Below are positions 7,407 through 16,453 of a stretch of DNA of 64,000 bases, piece by piece (the first letter of the stretch is position 1; the number at the start of each line of letters is the position of its first letter). Made by a program: the position numbers and the translations under genes. The stretch comes from Candidatus Saccharimonadota bacterium (lineage in GTDB: Bacteria > Patescibacteriota > Saccharimonadia > Saccharimonadales > Saccharimonadaceae): NCBI GenBank assembly GCA_017513185.1, contig JAFXGL010000008.1, forward strand, positions 97,323 through 161,322. Reading direction: 5' to 3'. The notes under the pieces are model-generated. The model worked only from the letters and a program-made list of their open reading frames with translations. It was not told the origin of the DNA and searched no databases.

Positions 7407-8989
7407 TACTTCACCTTGAACCCAACATTAGACCTATCTAGCACGGCTTTCGCGGGGAAAATCCATTCTCGATTATTGGCACTGGCCGGGTTTGCAATAA
7501 TTAGCTTATCGTCGAACGTAATGCCGATAATCGACACCCAGTGCCCGCCGCCACTACCGCCATTACCACTTCTACTAAACACGCAGAGGCCGGCAGTTAT
7601 GTTACCAGAGTTCTTGCAGAAACTTTTTTCTCTCTCTGCGTCATCCCTGCGCGCGCCGCCGACGACAATCGCTGCCCCACTCGCTAGTGCCGCGCGTGTA
7701 GCTGACAACTTTTTAGAATAACTGTCACTATAATTACTCCAAATCTCCGTCATGGTCATCTTTGTGTTTGAAATTATCTTGCGAGTGTTGGCTTTGGACG
7801 GATAAGTAAGGTTGCTTTTAGTCCAAGACGCCAACTCTTTAAGAAAATCCGCCGTTTGCGATTGAGTGTAATTATGCACCGCCCCATAAGCATTCGACAC
7901 GGCCACTAACGAACAGCCAGACTCTTGGACGGTCTGCCCATATTTGGTGGTGCTAGGTAGCCATTTGACATTTTTTACCGAGTCGTCCCACTGGCCAATA
8001 GCATTTGACGCGCTACGTTTGCCGGCTGCACTACCACCAGTCGTAGTGGGAGTGGTCGTGGTTCCATCGGTACCAGTATCTATCGTCGGCACCGGCGTGG
8101 GCGTCGGGGACGGCGTCCCACTATCGTCGCTGCCGTCATCACCACTATCACCATCGTCGCCGCTATCGCCGTCATCACTATCGCCGCTAAGACGGCAGTT
8201 AGACACGTCTATTGCGAGGGCGCTCTGGGCCGTCTTGTAACGCCCGGAGAAAGATTTATAAGCTAGCTGATACTGGTCTTTATTGGCGATAAGTTTATTC
8301 ACACTAAACATCAGCGGCGGCTTTTGCTTATTGTAGACGCAAGTACCTTTTTGGATAGACTCTTGCGAACAGCACTCATCCTGCCCCACGCAAGAACACG
8401 AGCCAGGTGCCTCTACATATTTGTAAAAGGCATAAGTTGTCTCTTGTAGAGTGCGACCGTTGAAATTAGCCGGGCTAAAGTATTTGCTATACCAGCCATT
8501 GTACATATTTGTCGACAACTCTTTAATCATAAAAGTCGCCTGCGCCTTTAAGGTCGTGACTTTCAAGCCCATCTCGTCGGCATGGTCCTGGAGCGGCTTC
8601 TCGCGCTTGGAGCCTAGCCACTGGAAAATACCAAAGGCTCGCCATCGCCCGCCGATATAGCGCTCTCTATTACGCACACCGTTAGTATAGAGCCTAAAAT
8701 CATCATCGACAATAGTGCCACCGTTAAGGACTTTTGGCCTGTAGCCGGACTCGTGAGCGATATTGCCCATAATCCCCGCCGCAGCGTTGTCGTCGTAGCC
8801 CGCATCGAGAAGATAGCGCTTCAAAGTGGCGGAATTTGAGCCGCAATCCGCCGTCATCTCTGGCAATTCTGAAGTATCATCCGGGTCGTCACTCGGACAT
8901 TTAATGGTCAGGGCCGCAGCAACCAGCGGCAGAGCTAGTACGCATACTACCATAGCCGCTAATAAACCTACACACCTCGCTTTTTTCAT
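7406..8989 (-). CDS. Secreted two-domain cell-wall hydrolase: lysozyme-like N-domain plus papain-like (C39-like) Cys peptidase C-domain
   Basis: N-terminal signal peptide. GIMGNIAHESG and FGIFQWLG motifs resemble phage-tail-lysozyme-type muramidases. A D/G/S and PT-rich linker follows. The C-domain has QESGCSLVAVSNA (Cys) and GGGHWVSIIGI (His). Confidence 0.65.
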   Translation of the reverse strand: MKKARCVGLLAAMVVCVLALPLVAAALTIKCPSDDPDDTSELPEMTADCGSNSATLKRYLLDAGYDDNAAAGIMGNIAHESGYRPKVLNGGTIVDDDFRLYTNGVRNRERYIGGRWRAFGIFQWLGSKREKPLQDHADEMGLKVTTLKAQATFMIKELSTNMYNGWYSKYFSPANFNGRTLQETTYAFYKYVEAPGSCSCVGQDECCSQESIQKGTCVYNKQKPPLMFSVNKLIANKDQYQLAYKSFSGRYKTAQSALAIDVSNCRLSGDSDDGDSGDDGDSGDDGSDDSGTPSPTPTPVPTIDTGTDGTTTTPTTTGGSAAGKRSASNAIGQWDDSVKNVKWLPSTTKYGQTVQESGCSLVAVSNAYGAVHNYTQSQTADFLKELASWTKSNLTYPSKANTRKIISNTKMTMTEIWSNYSDSYSKKLSATRAALASGAAIVVGGARRDDAEREKSFCKNSGNITAGLCVFSRSGNGGSGGGHWVSIIGITFDDKLIIANPASANNREWIFPAKAVLDRSNVGFKVK

Positions 8990-8997
8990 ATATACCC

Positions 8998-9006
8998 ATT
9001 ATATCA
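8998..9006 (-). promoter_or_regulatory. Extended -10 (TGATATAAT on minus strand) 8 nt upstream of the ATG at 8989; leaderless-type
   Basis: The plus strand reads ATTATATCA at 8998-9006. Confidence 0.55.
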
Positions 9007-9012
9007 AACTTA

Positions 9013-9021
9013 TGCTAAAAT
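9013..9021 (+). promoter_or_regulatory. Extended -10 (TGCTAAAAT) 9 nt upstream of the ATG at 9031
   Basis: Read directly from the sequence. It is divergent from the 8998-9006 element. Confidence 0.5.
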
Positions 9022-9030
9022 TAAAGTATT

Positions 9031-9726
9031 ATGGCAACGAAAAAATCTACTTCTAAAAAACCCAAAACCACAACCAAAAAACCCGCAGCCAAAAAGGCCG
9101 CCCCAAAGCCCAAAGTCGCCAAGACCGTCCACGCTACCGAGCCTTACCATCCCGCTTTTGGCGTAGTTTTGATTATCGTTTGCGCTCTCGTGGCCGCCGT
9201 ACTTTTGCCGTTTGCCATCAAAATGATTACTAAAAGCGTAGAGTCCGACGCTATGCGCTTTTCTAGCGAATATTCCAGCGTAGAAGTAGACAACGTTTTT
9301 AAATACCAGACCGCCGAAGAGGTTATCGACATCCTTAAAAACGGCACCGGCGTGGTCTACCTCGGCTTCCCGTCCTGCCCGTGGTGCCAAAACTACGCCA
9401 AGATGCTCAACGCCCTTGCCAAAGAAAAAGGCATCAAAGAAATCTACTATTATAATATCCACGACGACCGCGAAAACGGCACCGAAGCTTACGAAAAGCT
9501 CGTCAAAATCCTCGGCAATTACCTGCAAGAAGACAACAACGGCGACAAGCGCATCTACGTCCCCAACCTCACATTTGTCGTCGACGGTCAGATTATCGGT
9601 AACGATTACGAGACTTCCAAAGACACGCTCGGCCTGAAAGATCCAAACGAATACTGGACCGATGAACGCGTTGCCGCCTGGAAAGAAAAAGTCGGCACCC
9701 TCCTTGAGATTTTAGCGAAAAAATGA
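9031..9726 (+). CDS. Membrane-anchored thioredoxin-fold protein (CPWC active site)
   Basis: Lys-rich N-terminus, TM helix [21 protein letters not shown], then [15 protein letters not shown] (CxxC). Stop is TGA at 9724-9726. Confidence 0.65.
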   Translation: MATKKSTSKKPKTTTKKPAAKKAAPKPKVAKTVHATEPYHPAFGVVLIIVCALVAAVLLPFAIKMITKSVESDAMRFSSEYSSVEVDNVFKYQTAEEVIDILKNGTGVVYLGFPSCPWCQNYAKMLNALAKEKGIKEIYYYNIHDDRENGTEAYEKLVKILGNYLQEDNNGDKRIYVPNLTFVVDGQIIGNDYETSKDTLGLKDPNEYWTDERVAAWKEKVGTLLEILAKK

Positions 9727-9732
9727 TATAAT
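9724..9732 (+). promoter_or_regulatory. Extended -10 (TGATATAAT) 8 nt upstream of the typA ATG; overlaps the upstream stop codon
   Basis: Read directly from the sequence. Confidence 0.55.
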
Positions 9733-9740
9733 TGTCCACT

Positions 9741-11555
9741 ATGGACAAGAACAAAATCAGAAATGTCGCCATCATTGCGCACGTCGACCACGGCAAGACC
9801 ACGCTCGTCGACGGGCTTTTGAAACAATCGCACACTTTTCGCGATAACCAAGCGGAAATGTCCCAGACGCTCATCATGGACTCCGGCGACCAAGAACACG
9901 AACGCGGCATCACCATCACGGCCAAGCAAACCGCGGTTTTTTACGACGGCTATAAAATCAACATTATCGACACCCCTGGCCACGCCGATTTCTCCGGCGA
10001 AGTCGAGCGCACACTCAATATGGCCGACGGTGTCCTGCTTATCGTCGATGCCCAAGAAGGCCCGATGCCGCAGACTAAATTCGTCCTCCAAAAGGCTCTT
10101 GACCTCAAGCTCAAACCTGTCGTTATCATCAACAAAATCGACAAACCAGCCGCCCGCATCGAAGAGGTAAAGGACGAAATTTCTGATTTGTTCCTCGAGC
10201 TAGCTACCGACGAGTCTCAGCTCAATTACCCGATTTACTATGCTATCGCTCGTGAAGGCAAAGCTGGCAAGACTACTAGCCTCGACGACGATCTTCACGT
10301 CATTTTTGAAAGTATCATCAACGACATCCCCGCACCGCAGGTAGACGAGAACGACGGCGCTGGCGCTCAGCTCCTCGTAGCCGCCCTTGCCGCCGACAAC
10401 TACCTTGGCAAATATGCCATCGGTAAAATCTTCCGCGGCAAACTCAAAAAGGGCCAGACCGTCAAACTCCTCAGCCGCACCGGTGCCTCTAGTGCCAAAA
10501 TCGAAAACCTCTTTACCTACCGTGGTCTCGGCAAAGAAGAAGTCTCAGAAGCCACCGCTGGCGACATCGTCGCCATCACCGGCATTGACAAAGCCAACAT
10601 CGGCGACACTATCGCGACCGGCGACAATCCCGAAGCACTCCCAACCATCGAGCTGGAGCCACCTACGCTTTCCATCTACATTGGCCCTAACACTAGCCCG
10701 CTCAAAGGCAAAGAGGGCGAATTTACCACCTCTCGCCAAATCGCTGAGCGTCTAGAAAGGGAACTAGAGACCAATATCGCTCTCAAAATCGTCCCGGATG
10801 GCCTCGGCTACAAAGTCTCTGGCCGCGGCGAGCTTCATCTCTCCGTCCTCATCGAAACCATGCGTCGCGAAGGCTATGAACTCGAAGCTGGCCGCCCCGA
10901 AGTCGTTTACAAAGACATTGACGGCGTTAAATCCGAGCCAGTCGAATCGCTCACTATTGAAGTAGATAGTGCCTACGTCGGCGCCGTTTCTCAGGAGCTT
11001 GGCATCCGCAAGGCCGACCTCAAATCTACGGAAATCACGTCGACCGGCAGTACCCGCTTTACTTACGAAATCACCACCGCTGCTCTCATCGGCCTCCGCA
11101 ACAACTTGCTGACGGCCACCAAAGGCACGGTAATTATGTCGTCTATTCCCAAGGGTTACAAACCTGTGGAATCTAAATATAAGCCCGAGCGCAACGGCGC
11201 CCTTATCGCCTTTGAGTCCGGTGTCTCCACCGCCTATGCTCTCGACATGGCGCAAGCCCGCGGTACCCTCTTTATCCCGCCCCAAGTTCCGGTCTACCAG
11301 GGCATGATTGTCGGTCTCTCCAATAAAAAGGAAGACATCGACCTCAATATCTGCCGCGAAAAACAGCTCACCAATATGCGTACCCACGCTTCTGACGGCG
11401 CCATTCAGCTCACGCCCTACACTCAGCTCTCTCTCGAGCAATGTCTCGACTTCTTGCTCGACGACGAGCTCCTCGAAGTCACGCCCAAATCTCTCCGCCT
11501 TCGCAAGCGCCAACTCGACCCCATCAAGCGCAAAAGAGAAAATCGCGTCCAATAA
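9741..11555 (+). CDS. typA: Translational GTPase TypA/BipA
   Basis: [24 protein letters not shown] (G1), DTPGHADF (G3), NKID (G4), and EF-G-like domain order. The ATG at 9741 is preferred over the TTG at 9732 in the ORF track. Confidence 0.9.
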   Translation: MDKNKIRNVAIIAHVDHGKTTLVDGLLKQSHTFRDNQAEMSQTLIMDSGDQEHERGITITAKQTAVFYDGYKINIIDTPGHADFSGEVERTLNMADGVLLIVDAQEGPMPQTKFVLQKALDLKLKPVVIINKIDKPAARIEEVKDEISDLFLELATDESQLNYPIYYAIAREGKAGKTTSLDDDLHVIFESIINDIPAPQVDENDGAGAQLLVAALAADNYLGKYAIGKIFRGKLKKGQTVKLLSRTGASSAKIENLFTYRGLGKEEVSEATAGDIVAITGIDKANIGDTIATGDNPEALPTIELEPPTLSIYIGPNTSPLKGKEGEFTTSRQIAERLERELETNIALKIVPDGLGYKVSGRGELHLSVLIETMRREGYELEAGRPEVVYKDIDGVKSEPVESLTIEVDSAYVGAVSQELGIRKADLKSTEITSTGSTRFTYEITTAALIGLRNNLLTATKGTVIMSSIPKGYKPVESKYKPERNGALIAFESGVSTAYALDMAQARGTLFIPPQVPVYQGMIVGLSNKKEDIDLNICREKQLTNMRTHASDGAIQLTPYTQLSLEQCLDFLLDDELLEVTPKSLRLRKRQLDPIKRKRENRVQ

Positions 11556-11647
11556 TCTTTACAGCCTGTAAAGTATGTGATATAATAAACCTACGCATTA
11601 TATCGCTTTTTGCGATTGTACATTTATAAACAGAAAGGGGTGATAAC

Positions 11648-12295
11648 ATGCATGGAGATTATTTTGATGATTTTATGCCTTGGAGTGTTAACTCGGACCG
11701 CTTAAACCTGAAAGATCGCCGCGACATGGTCAACCTTGGCAGGGAAAACCTGCTCTTCCTCGCAAAGTTCTGGGAACAGCACGCCAAGAAAATGTATGCC
11801 AAAGTCGACAATCCCGCGACCACGTATCAAAACCGTGAAAGATTTGAACATGACGCTTGTGACTCCACTTTCAAGGCTCGTGAAATCAAAAAAATTGCCG
11901 AAACCGCCGAGTCAAAACCACGTCTGTTCGAGAAGCCTGCCTTCAAAACCGGGTCCCAAGTCACTTGTTTCCTGGAAAAACCTGACCGTTTTGTCTCTGG
12001 TGTCCTGGCCAAAGTTAAAGCCGACGCCACTATCAACGAAGACGGCACTGCAGAAATCAAAGACGCCATACTTTCCATCCGCGTTTACGACCATTCCGGT
12101 CAGCATCTCATCGACTACGTGCCGGACGGCTTCACGCTGTTTATGACCGAAGATTTTGAATATTTTCGGAGGCACTGGCAATTCTTTGAGCTTTATCTCA
12201 ACTATCACACTTGGACTATTCCTGAGCGTGATAAGGTCAATCGCATGCTTTACTGTCTACTCTCGAGCCTGCCCGACCCTCCCACGGCGGCTTGA
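11648..12295 (+). CDS. Hypothetical cytoplasmic protein
   Basis: 215-aa ORF with a GGGG Shine-Dalgarno, a TGATATAAT at 11578-11586 and a downstream terminator. No motif recognised. Confidence 0.5.
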   Translation: MHGDYFDDFMPWSVNSDRLNLKDRRDMVNLGRENLLFLAKFWEQHAKKMYAKVDNPATTYQNRERFEHDACDSTFKAREIKKIAETAESKPRLFEKPAFKTGSQVTCFLEKPDRFVSGVLAKVKADATINEDGTAEIKDAILSIRVYDHSGQHLIDYVPDGFTLFMTEDFEYFRRHWQFFELYLNYHTWTIPERDKVNRMLYCLLSSLPDPPTAA

Positions 12296-12329
12296 GCCCT
12301 GCGCTAGCTGTAGCGCCTCCTTTCTTCCC

Positions 12330-12355
12330 AGCTCCTCGAAAGAGGAGCTTTTTTA
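12330..12355. terminator. Hairpin terminator between convergent genes
   Basis: AGCTCCTC GAAA GAGGAGCT followed by TTTTT. Confidence 0.75.
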
Positions 12356-13381
12356 TGCGATGATACCGCCACCCAGGCACACGTCGTCTTTATAAATGAC
12401 GGCACTTTGCCCGGGGGCTACACGTTTTATTTCTTCTGCAAAAATTAATTTCTTACCATCAAACTTCGCCGGAATGAGCGGTGCGCGGTGGCGTAGCCGT
12501 ACTAACACTTCGCCATCTTCCGGCAATTTCTCCCGGAAAAACAAGTTCGTGAGTGTGATTTCTTTCGTCCATAAATCCGCCGCGTTTAGGTTTTTAGAAA
12601 CGTAGACGATATTTTTCGCCAGGTCTTTTTTCACTACATAATATGGCAACCCGCCACCCACATACAAACCATGGCGTTGCCCCACTGTATAAAACACCGC
12701 ACCGTCGTGATAGCCTAAAACTTTTTCTGTTTCTGCCTCACGGATTTCGCCCGGCTGTAAATCAATATATTCGCGCAAAAAATCTTTCATCCCCACCTCG
12801 CCCACAAAGCACACCCCCATACTCTCCTTTTTATAGGCATTAGCTAGCCCCGCCTCTGCCGCCAGCTTTTTCACCTCCGGTTTCTTCAAATCCGCCAGCG
12901 GAAAGAGAGTTTTAGCCACGGCATCTTTAGAAATGCGGTAGAGGAAATAAGTCTGGTCTTTATTGGCGTCTTTGGCTAGCTTCAACTGGCCGTTCTCGGA
13001 CTTTGCATAGTGACCGGTCGCGATATAGTCCGCTCCGCATTTCATCGCTTCTTCAAAGAATAGTTTGAACTTAATCTCTTCGTTGCACATTACGTCCGGA
13101 TTCGGCGTCCGCCCCGCCTTAAACTCCGCCAACATATAGTCCACAACTTTTTCTTTATAAGCCTTTTCAAAATCAAACACCATAAAATCTAGGTCTAGCT
13201 TCACTGCCACACGTTTGGCGTCGGCCAAATCTTCTGCCCACGGGCATTTCATGCCCGGGAGGTCTTTGCTCCAGTTTTTCATATAGACACCCACGACTTT
13301 ATAGCCCTGATTTTTTAGCAAAATCGCCGAGACGGAACTATCCACTCCGCCGGACATACCTAGAAACACGGTTTTACTCAT
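12353..13381 (-). CDS. mnmA: tRNA 2-thiouridine(34) synthase MnmA
   Basis: N-terminal PP-loop FLGMSGGVDSSVSA and a typical MnmA length. Confidence 0.9.
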   Translation of the reverse strand: MSKTVFLGMSGGVDSSVSAILLKNQGYKVVGVYMKNWSKDLPGMKCPWAEDLADAKRVAVKLDLDFMVFDFEKAYKEKVVDYMLAEFKAGRTPNPDVMCNEEIKFKLFFEEAMKCGADYIATGHYAKSENGQLKLAKDANKDQTYFLYRISKDAVAKTLFPLADLKKPEVKKLAAEAGLANAYKKESMGVCFVGEVGMKDFLREYIDLQPGEIREAETEKVLGYHDGAVFYTVGQRHGLYVGGGLPYYVVKKDLAKNIVYVSKNLNAADLWTKEITLTNLFFREKLPEDGEVLVRLRHRAPLIPAKFDGKKLIFAEEIKRVAPGQSAVIYKDDVCLGGGIIA

Positions 13382-14519
13382 TTTTCATCCTCGCGTATTC
13401 TGCATTGACGACTTCCGCTAAAATCTTGCCCGCCTGGCGCACGTTTTCCTCATTATTTAGTACACCCAGTGTCAGCCTCAGTGACCCAGCAATCTCCTCC
13501 GGCGTCAAGCCGATGGCTTTTAGCACGTGTGACGGCTCGCCTTTGCTTGCCGAGCAAGCTGCGCCAGTAGAAGCATAAACTTCTTGCTCTTCTAGCTTAA
13601 AAATCAACCTTTCTGCATCTAGACCAGGGAAACACAACGGCAAAAAGTTTGCCAACATATGCTTAGGATTACCGAGGTAAACCGGCTCCACTTTGCGGGC
13701 AGAGAGCTCCTTTTTCAAGTTTTCCACAAGGCGCGTGTAATTTTTACGTGCCGCCACCGTATGGCCCTTAATAGTCTCTAGTGCCGTAGCAAAACCTACC
13801 ACTCCCGCCACGTTTTCGGTGCCGCTACGCAGATTTCGCTCCTGCCCGCCACCGTAGATTAGCGGTTTTAGTCGCACGCCGTGCCCCACATACAGCGCCC
13901 CTACGCCCTTTGGGCCACAAACTTTCGCAGAATTGAGCGTCAAAAGGTCTACACCCAGGCGCGCTACGTTAATATCAACTAACGCCAAACCCTGCGATGC
14001 ATCAGAATGCAGCAAGAGCTGCGTTTTGAGGCCACGCTTCAAGCGGTCGAGGCGGGTTTCGCGCAGAATTTGCGCAATCTCTGCCAGCGGCTGAATCGTC
14101 CCCAGTTCATTATTGGCAAGCGATACCGACACTAACTCCACGTCGTCCGTGAGCTTGGCCTGCAAATCTGCGAGGTCAATCAAGCCGGTTTTATCCACCC
14201 GAATCGTCTGCGCATCGTAATGTTTCGCATTTTCCAGTACCGACGCATGTTCGGTCTCCAGTACCAAAATTTTGCCACTAGCGGCCGTAAAAGCCAACGC
14301 ATTGGCTTCCGTCGCCCCACTCGTGATTACTAGGTCAGTGCCCTTCGCGCCGATAAAGTTCGCGATGGTGTTTTTTGCCTCTTCGTAAGCCGCGCGGACT
14401 CTCGCTGCTGGTAGATACGGGCTCGAAGGGTTAAAAAACTCTTCAGTCATGAACGGAGTCATGGCCTGAAGTACCTTTTTTGAGACCGGCGTCGCCGCCG
14501 CGTGGTCGAGATAAATCAT
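13374..14519 (-). CDS. Cysteine desulfurase (NifS/IscS, class V aminotransferase)
   Basis: MIYLDHAAATP, SAKVCGPKGVGALYV (PLP-Lys region) and RSGTENV motifs. It overlaps the mnmA start by 8 nt. Confidence 0.85.
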   Translation of the reverse strand: MIYLDHAAATPVSKKVLQAMTPFMTEEFFNPSSPYLPAARVRAAYEEAKNTIANFIGAKGTDLVITSGATEANALAFTAASGKILVLETEHASVLENAKHYDAQTIRVDKTGLIDLADLQAKLTDDVELVSVSLANNELGTIQPLAEIAQILRETRLDRLKRGLKTQLLLHSDASQGLALVDINVARLGVDLLTLNSAKVCGPKGVGALYVGHGVRLKPLIYGGGQERNLRSGTENVAGVVGFATALETIKGHTVAARKNYTRLVENLKKELSARKVEPVYLGNPKHMLANFLPLCFPGLDAERLIFKLEEQEVYASTGAACSASKGEPSHVLKAIGLTPEEIAGSLRLTLGVLNNEENVRQAGKILAEVVNAEYARMKNE

Positions 14520-14525
14520 AACTAT

Positions 14526-14531
14526 ATTATA
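14526..14531 (-). promoter_or_regulatory. -10 box (TATAAT on minus strand) 6 nt upstream of the ATG at 14519
   Basis: The plus strand reads ATTATA at 14526-14531, inside an 18-nt intergenic gap. Confidence 0.45.
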
Positions 14532-14537
14532 TAATTT

Positions 14538-15167
14538 TTACTCGGTTTTTTCAAGTTCATCAGTCTGTTCTTCAGACTGCTCGGCGGCCTGCTGCTCTGC
14601 CGTGCCAAGCGGCACAAACACTGACTCGCCTTCATCTGCAAGGTTCTTTACGGTGAAACTATTATTCTCGCGGTCTAGGGCGAAGGAAAAGCTGTCGTTT
14701 AGCTCGTATAACCAGGCTGTGTTTATCTTTAAAGTCTGTGTCTCCCCCTCTTGCTCAAAATACCATGTCATGTCGTAATAATTAGACTTGTTGGTGGTGA
14801 TTTCGCCCGTCCCGTCGGCACGGAAAGTCCAAATCACCGTCGGTGCTTCTTGCTTTTCCCAGGCGTGAGAAACGAGAATATCGCGGTCGGTCAGCACTAC
14901 CTCCGGCTCTTTCTTGCGGAGAACCAAGAAATATAATAGCACCCCAACAGCCGCTAGCCCCACCACTACGCTACTGATAATAATCGCAAACTTGGCCTTT
15001 TTGCCGAGCTTTCGGTGCTTCTTTTCTTTGAGCTCTTTCTTTTTGACTGGCTCGCCAGCCTCCGGCCCCTCTATCGGCGGTCCTTCCGGCTCTTCCAAAG
15101 AATCAACTAGTAGCGGAGCCTCAATCGGTGGCTCCGGTGCTTGTGGTGCTTCGGGCGTATTTTCCAT
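14538..15167 (-). CDS. Hypothetical bitopic membrane protein
   Basis: Pro/Glu-rich N-terminus and TM helix FAIIISSVVVGLAAVGVLLYFLVL. The start is reset to the ATG at 15167 because TGGTATAAT lies 6 nt upstream. Confidence 0.5.
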   Translation of the reverse strand: MENTPEAPQAPEPPIEAPLLVDSLEEPEGPPIEGPEAGEPVKKKELKEKKHRKLGKKAKFAIIISSVVVGLAAVGVLLYFLVLRKKEPEVVLTDRDILVSHAWEKQEAPTVIWTFRADGTGEITTNKSNYYDMTWYFEQEGETQTLKINTAWLYELNDSFSFALDRENNSFTVKNLADEGESVFVPLGTAEQQAAEQSEEQTDELEKTE

Positions 15168-15173
15168 ACCCTC

Positions 15174-15182
15174 ATTATACCA
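15174..15182 (-). promoter_or_regulatory. Extended -10 (TGGTATAAT on minus strand) 6 nt upstream of the ATG at 15167
   Basis: The plus strand reads ATTATACCA at 15174-15182. Confidence 0.5.
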
Positions 15183-15187
15183 CAAAC

Positions 15188-15535
15188 TTAAGCGTGATAG
15201 AGTTGAGTTTTGATGAGCTCCAAATACTTGCGTGTCGCTTTCACGAAATTATTCAGCTCCATCCCCTCAAGCTTATAATAGGCAGAGCCATTGGTCTTTT
15301 TAAACACGCCATTCGGACGCACTTCGTAGCGGAGCGTAATCTCGCGCGGCTGCCCCATTTCTGTCCAGGATTCATGCCAAATCCACAGATTCTTGCGGTG
15401 TTCAAAAAACTCACGTTGGTGTCCGGCTGGAATCGGGCCAAAAATCGTCCGTCCCAGCTCGCTTTCGGCGTTGATTTTGTCCTCGAGCGTGCGCGGCTTC
15501 GCGGTGGGTTTGTTTATAAAATCACGGAGCGACAT
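15188..15535 (-). CDS. Hypothetical small cytoplasmic protein
   Basis: 115-aa ORF preceded by GAGGAG. No motif recognised. Confidence 0.45.
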   Translation of the reverse strand: MSLRDFINKPTAKPRTLEDKINAESELGRTIFGPIPAGHQREFFEHRKNLWIWHESWTEMGQPREITLRYEVRPNGVFKKTNGSAYYKLEGMELNNFVKATRKYLELIKTQLYHA

Positions 15536-15601
15536 CGATCAATCTCCTCGGCGATGTGGTTGAGTTCGTTATAGATTGCTTGGTCGTTTTGGGCTACAAA
15601 A

Positions 15602-16408
15602 CTAAGTGCTGGCTGCTGTGCCGGCGCCTGATTCGGGATTCGGAAGGTTGAAGATAGTTCTTGCATTTTTCGTAGTCCACTCGGCGACTTCCGCCTCCGA
15701 GATTTCAAATTTCTTTGCTAACCAAGTGGCAACGTCTTTAACATTACCAGGTTCATTTATTTTACCACGATTTGGCGTCGGTGTCAAGAATGGCGCATCT
15801 GTTTCCAAGAGACAACGGGAGTGGATAAAGAAGGCATTCAATCGCCCATCTTTCAAGAAATCAAGGTCGGCAAAGGTAGCAATGCCGTTAATACCAATGT
15901 AGAGATTATAGACTTCTATAGCTTTGTAAAAAACTTCCGCCGTGTCGGTGAAAGAGTGCAGTACGCTCTGTTTGAGACGGCCTTCAAAAGTGAAATTCTT
16001 GATAACGGCGAAAAAGTCGTCAAACGCCTCTCGCACATGGAAGGAACAGGGAAGATTGTTGTCGACGGCCAGCTGCACCATCTCCTCAAGTAGCCGAATC
16101 TGCTTGTCGCGGTCGTAGCCGGGATAATGATAGTCCAGCCCTACTTCGCCAATGGCGACAAGCTTATCATCGCGAGTAAACTCGTATTTTTCGCCGGCGC
16201 TCTCTGGGTGCACGCCATAGGTCCAAAACACATTCCTGTGTGCCGCAGCAAACTCCTTCGCTGCGAGCGAATCCTCGTGCGATGTGCCAATGCAAATCAC
16301 TTGCTTTACCCCATGCTCACGTGCTCTTTTCAACATCTCTTCTGCCTGCTCTGGCTCAAAAAATTCGCGGTCGTGCAAATGACAATGTGTATCTACAAGA
16401 TAACTCAT
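15602..16408 (-). CDS. tatD: TatD-family metal-dependent hydrolase/DNase
   Basis: MSYLVDTHCHLHD start and later HxH/D metal ligands. The start is set at 16408, not 16477, because of the TGGTATAAT 6 nt upstream. Confidence 0.8.
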   Translation of the reverse strand: MSYLVDTHCHLHDREFFEPEQAEEMLKRAREHGVKQVICIGTSHEDSLAAKEFAAAHRNVFWTYGVHPESAGEKYEFTRDDKLVAIGEVGLDYHYPGYDRDKQIRLLEEMVQLAVDNNLPCSFHVREAFDDFFAVIKNFTFEGRLKQSVLHSFTDTAEVFYKAIEVYNLYIGINGIATFADLDFLKDGRLNAFFIHSRCLLETDAPFLTPTPNRGKINEPGNVKDVATWLAKKFEISEAEVAEWTTKNARTIFNLPNPESGAGTAAST

Positions 16409-16414
16409 AAAACT

Positions 16415-16423
16415 ATTATACCA
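16415..16423 (-). promoter_or_regulatory. Extended -10 (TGGTATAAT on minus strand) 6 nt upstream of the tatD ATG
   Basis: The plus strand reads ATTATACCA at 16415-16423. Confidence 0.55.
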
Positions 16424-16436
16424 TTTTACGCATATC

Positions 16437-16445
16437 TGATATAAT
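16437..16445 (+). promoter_or_regulatory. Extended -10 (TGATATAAT) 8 nt upstream of the alaS ATG
   Basis: Read directly from the sequence. The divergent tatD and alaS start codons are only 45 nt apart. Confidence 0.55.
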
Positions 16446-16453
16446 ATATAGCT

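Noticed and set aside
7406-8989. A prophage or conjugative-element remnant, suggested by the phage-tail-lysozyme-like domain and the tape-measure-like size of the large paralogs.
   Set aside because: No capsid, portal, terminase, tail, integrase, relaxase, VirB4 or VirD4 genes occur anywhere in the 64 kb. The modules are flanked by housekeeping genes.
15514-15708. A 64-aa minus-strand ORF bridging the gap between the 15188 gene and tatD.
   Set aside because: It overlaps the tatD 3' end and the start of the 15188 gene in other frames and has no start signals.
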